Shown here piece after piece: positions 58,923 through 60,117 of a stretch of 60,117 nt of DNA. Source of the stretch: Scyliorhinus canicula (Eukaryota); the NCBI RefSeq assembly GCF_902713615.1, contig NW_024055992.1, forward strand, positions 1 to 60,117, in the 5' to 3' direction. The position numbers were made by a program, and so were the translations under genes. The stretch's first letter is position 1. Each line of letters begins with the position of its first letter. The notes under the pieces are model-generated. The model searched no databases. It was not told the origin of the DNA and saw only the letters and a program-made list of their open reading frames with translations.

Positions 58923-59485
58923 ATGTTGTGCATTATCTTTTACTCATTCCTAACAACAGCCAATCTCCTAACTGGTAAGTTCCCAAGTTACACAATCTCA
59001 AACTTGTTCAGGAGACTGACATATACATCTTACCCTTCAACTGTGTTTTCCTTCTATTTGTAATATCCATAATTACGTTGATCACATTGTTTCTTAAAAG
59101 GTGATATAAAAAGTTAAAGTCCTTGTTTCTAATTGTTTGCAGGTGCGAGTGGTGCAGATTCTGTCTCACAAGAGCCGGTTACAGCCACAAAGTTTGCAGG
59201 AGAATCGATGACCATTGATTTCAAATATTCGACAACAAATATTGCATATTCTTTACAGCTATACCGTCAGGACCTGGATAGAACCACTGAATTCTTGATC
59301 TACATCCCTAATTATGGAGATGTTATCAGAGCAAAGGGCGTGGGGACTCGAATTTCTGCATCTCTAAACAGGACGAAAAGTGAGGGGAAATTCACCATCC
59401 GGGAGCTGCGGCTGTCTGACAGCGCGGTGTATTACTGCGACTGAGAAACAGTGACAGCAACTAGTGGGAGCCTCGGACAAAAACA
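58923..59485 (+). pseudogene. V pseudogene, family C
   Basis: Leader 58923-58974 MLCIIFYSFLTTANLLT, GTAAG, V exon from 59143 with Phe at Cys23 and Leu at Trp41, 1-nt loss after YYC giving TGA at 59442-59444; heptamer AACAGTG 59447-59453, 23 bp, ACAAAAACA 59477-59485. Confidence 0.9.
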
Positions 59486-59699
59486 CTGCCGCAGCGTAAC
59501 AAAGGGAATAGCGGGCAGAGGTGGAACACCTGGACTTTGTAAACCTATCAGCAGATTGTTCTTATTCAAAATAAATCCGAATTATTAATAAGCCGAAAGC
59601 AACAGGTACAACACTGGGAAGATAATGTGAGGCTGTGTTTGGAGTATTGATACCATGTTGTAAATGAAAGATATTATTATAGAAATGCTGAGAAAAATA

Positions 59700-60117
59700 G
59701 TTAATATTTGATAGCCAACATGGAGAAGTACGACATATGAAAGGGAGACAGTGAGTGAATCAGAAGAAGAAACCGTGATAGATACGGAGACAGAGATAGG
59801 ACAACCCCGTTGGATATACAGGGATATAAATCTGAGGAAAGGGAATGATGGAAATGGGAGAGATGCAGGTTGGGGCAGACAGCGAGAGAAACGAAGGAGA
59901 GACGGGGGCAGGAAGGGGAATAGTTTAAAATATGGTTAAGAAACACTGAAGGGAACACATGCAAATATGTAGAGGTCATACAGACGGGAAAACGAAGGGA
60001 GACCAACGCAGAGGGAACAGGAGAAGCAGTGAGATAGACAGTGAGAGAAACAAAGGGGTTCAGTGAGAAACGCAATGTCCGAAATGAAATCAGGAATTCC
60101 AGAAAGAGGTGGAAAAA
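59700..60117. repeat. GA-rich low-complexity tract
   Basis: Purine-rich degenerate repeats to the window end. Confidence 0.7.

Noticed and set aside
31072-59485. NAR-TCR V, leaderless supporting V-delta, IgHV or TAILV segments
   Set aside because: Every recognisable V has its own leader, none shows IgNAR- or IgH-type framework motifs or an octamer promoter, and no adjacent D segments or 12-RSS were found.

Overview
Vertebrate (cartilaginous fish, probably catshark/Scyliorhinus-like, inferred from the HE1/V-SINE, CR1 and Penelope repeat content) genomic window. The left half holds a single-exon BTB-BACK (BTBD17-like) ORF on the minus strand, a 1.8-kb 47-bp minisatellite, and a dense nest of retroelements (CR1, L1-clade with target-site duplications, Penelope-like, RTE, L2-like, three SINE families) plus one tRNA-Glu(TTC). 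From 31 kb onward it is a T-cell receptor alpha/delta-type variable-segment array: 11 recognisable V segments in six families (leader exon, short intron, V exon, 23-type RSS) in both orientations, six with open frames and canonical splice sites and five pseudogenes, plus one orphan leader and one decayed relic. No D, J, C, NAR-TCR or IgHV-like segment was seen. Most notable observations: an inverted three-V cassette duplication, a V family with Leu in place of the invariant Trp41, minimal hammerhead ribozymes in Penelope termini including a perfect 171-bp palindromic mini-element with a 12-bp TSD, a convergent pair of CTCF-like sites, and CRE/CCAAT promoter modules shared among V families. Family letters A-F are my own labels. 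Repeat boundaries are approximate unless a TSD is given; all alignments were done by eye.
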